The notes beneath the pieces are model-generated. The model was not told the DNA's origin, did no database searches, and was given only the letters and a program-made list of their open reading frames with translations. From Octopus sinensis (Eukaryota): a stretch of DNA of 64,000 nt. Location: NCBI RefSeq assembly GCF_006345805.1, contig NC_043005.1:23002001-23066000 (forward strand), written 5' to 3'. The position numbers and the translations under genes are program-made. Shown piece after piece: positions 63,343-64,000 of the stretch. Positions within the stretch are counted from its first letter, which is position 1; each line of letters begins with the position of its first letter.

Positions 63343-64000
63343 ATATATAGTTGAAATTTATAGAAAAACAAAAGACGAAGACAGGTGTATGAACAACAAG
63401 CAAGTGTATTAGTTTGATGCTCAGGAAAAATGAAAAAGTTATTTACATTTCAAACCTATGCTCTTCAACAGAAAGGAATAAGAGAAAATAAACAGAGAGA
63501 GAGAGTGAAAAGAACTTGTAGATTTCAATGGTCCAGCATGAGATATATATATATCGTCATCATCATATATCAAGACATGACAGAGAGAAAGAGCAGTTTA
63601 CAGAGTGCACTAGGTATCTTGTTATCATGTACTTTGCAAGACTAAAGAACCTCCACAGTTATACACTGTTTTCATTCATTTAAAACAACATACCTAAAAG
63701 GGTGAATAGAGGAGAGGGTTACGACAGAAGTTTGATGGCAGGGACAGCATTATTGGAGTGAAAAGATGGTAGCGGAAGGACTATTGGAGGAGAGTAAGAG
63801 GTTAGTAGAGGGAAAAGTAACAGAAGTGACAGTATCTGGGGAAATAACAGAAGGGAGACAAATAACGTCAGGGGTAAATGTAAGACAGTGAAGGCAACTA
63901 CACGTTTGGTTGTAAGAGGGAGAGTGATTGATGAATAGCTATACAGATGGGCAAATAGCAAGAGGAAAGTGGTGGAAGCTAATCATGGGAAAGAGTGAAA

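Noticed and set aside
63441-63480. Minus-strand ttgaagagcataggtttgaaaatgta as a third hammerhead family
   Set aside because: Possibly a decayed PLE-type tail, but stems II and III do not pair in this copy; it needs a family consensus.

Overview
AT-rich, repeat-dense animal genomic DNA. The SINE/LINE repertoire and microsatellite load point to a coleoid cephalopod, probably Octopus (inference). Two convergent host genes are present. POP7/Rpp20 is on + with its whole CDS in one exon (46206-46646). UQCC1/CBP3 is on -, with six short exons reconstructed by hand between 62558 and 49641; the ORF track misses it and its 5' exons lie outside the window. The rest is mobile DNA: a decayed CRE-clade RLE LINE, a Tx1/L1-like fragment, a young 5'-truncated RTE LINE with an open 938-codon frame and a PHD finger inside its RT plus older relatives, a BovB-like RTE relic, a CR1-group end, a Gypsy relic, a probable solo LTR, mariner and piggyBac MITEs, a Helitron end and many tRNA-derived SINEs. 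The most unusual signal is five short non-coding insertions from two unrelated sequence families. Each has a 9-13 bp target-site duplication and a minimal, dimer-type hammerhead-ribozyme motif like those of Penelope-like elements. One copy has a tRNA-derived SINE head; four are fold-back hairpins; the fold-back family uses a U3-A8 core variant. A 57-codon ORF resembling one beta-propeller lectin blade and repeated pseudoknot-like motifs in the RTE 3'UTR also merit checking. All family assignments come from motif recognition, not database searches.
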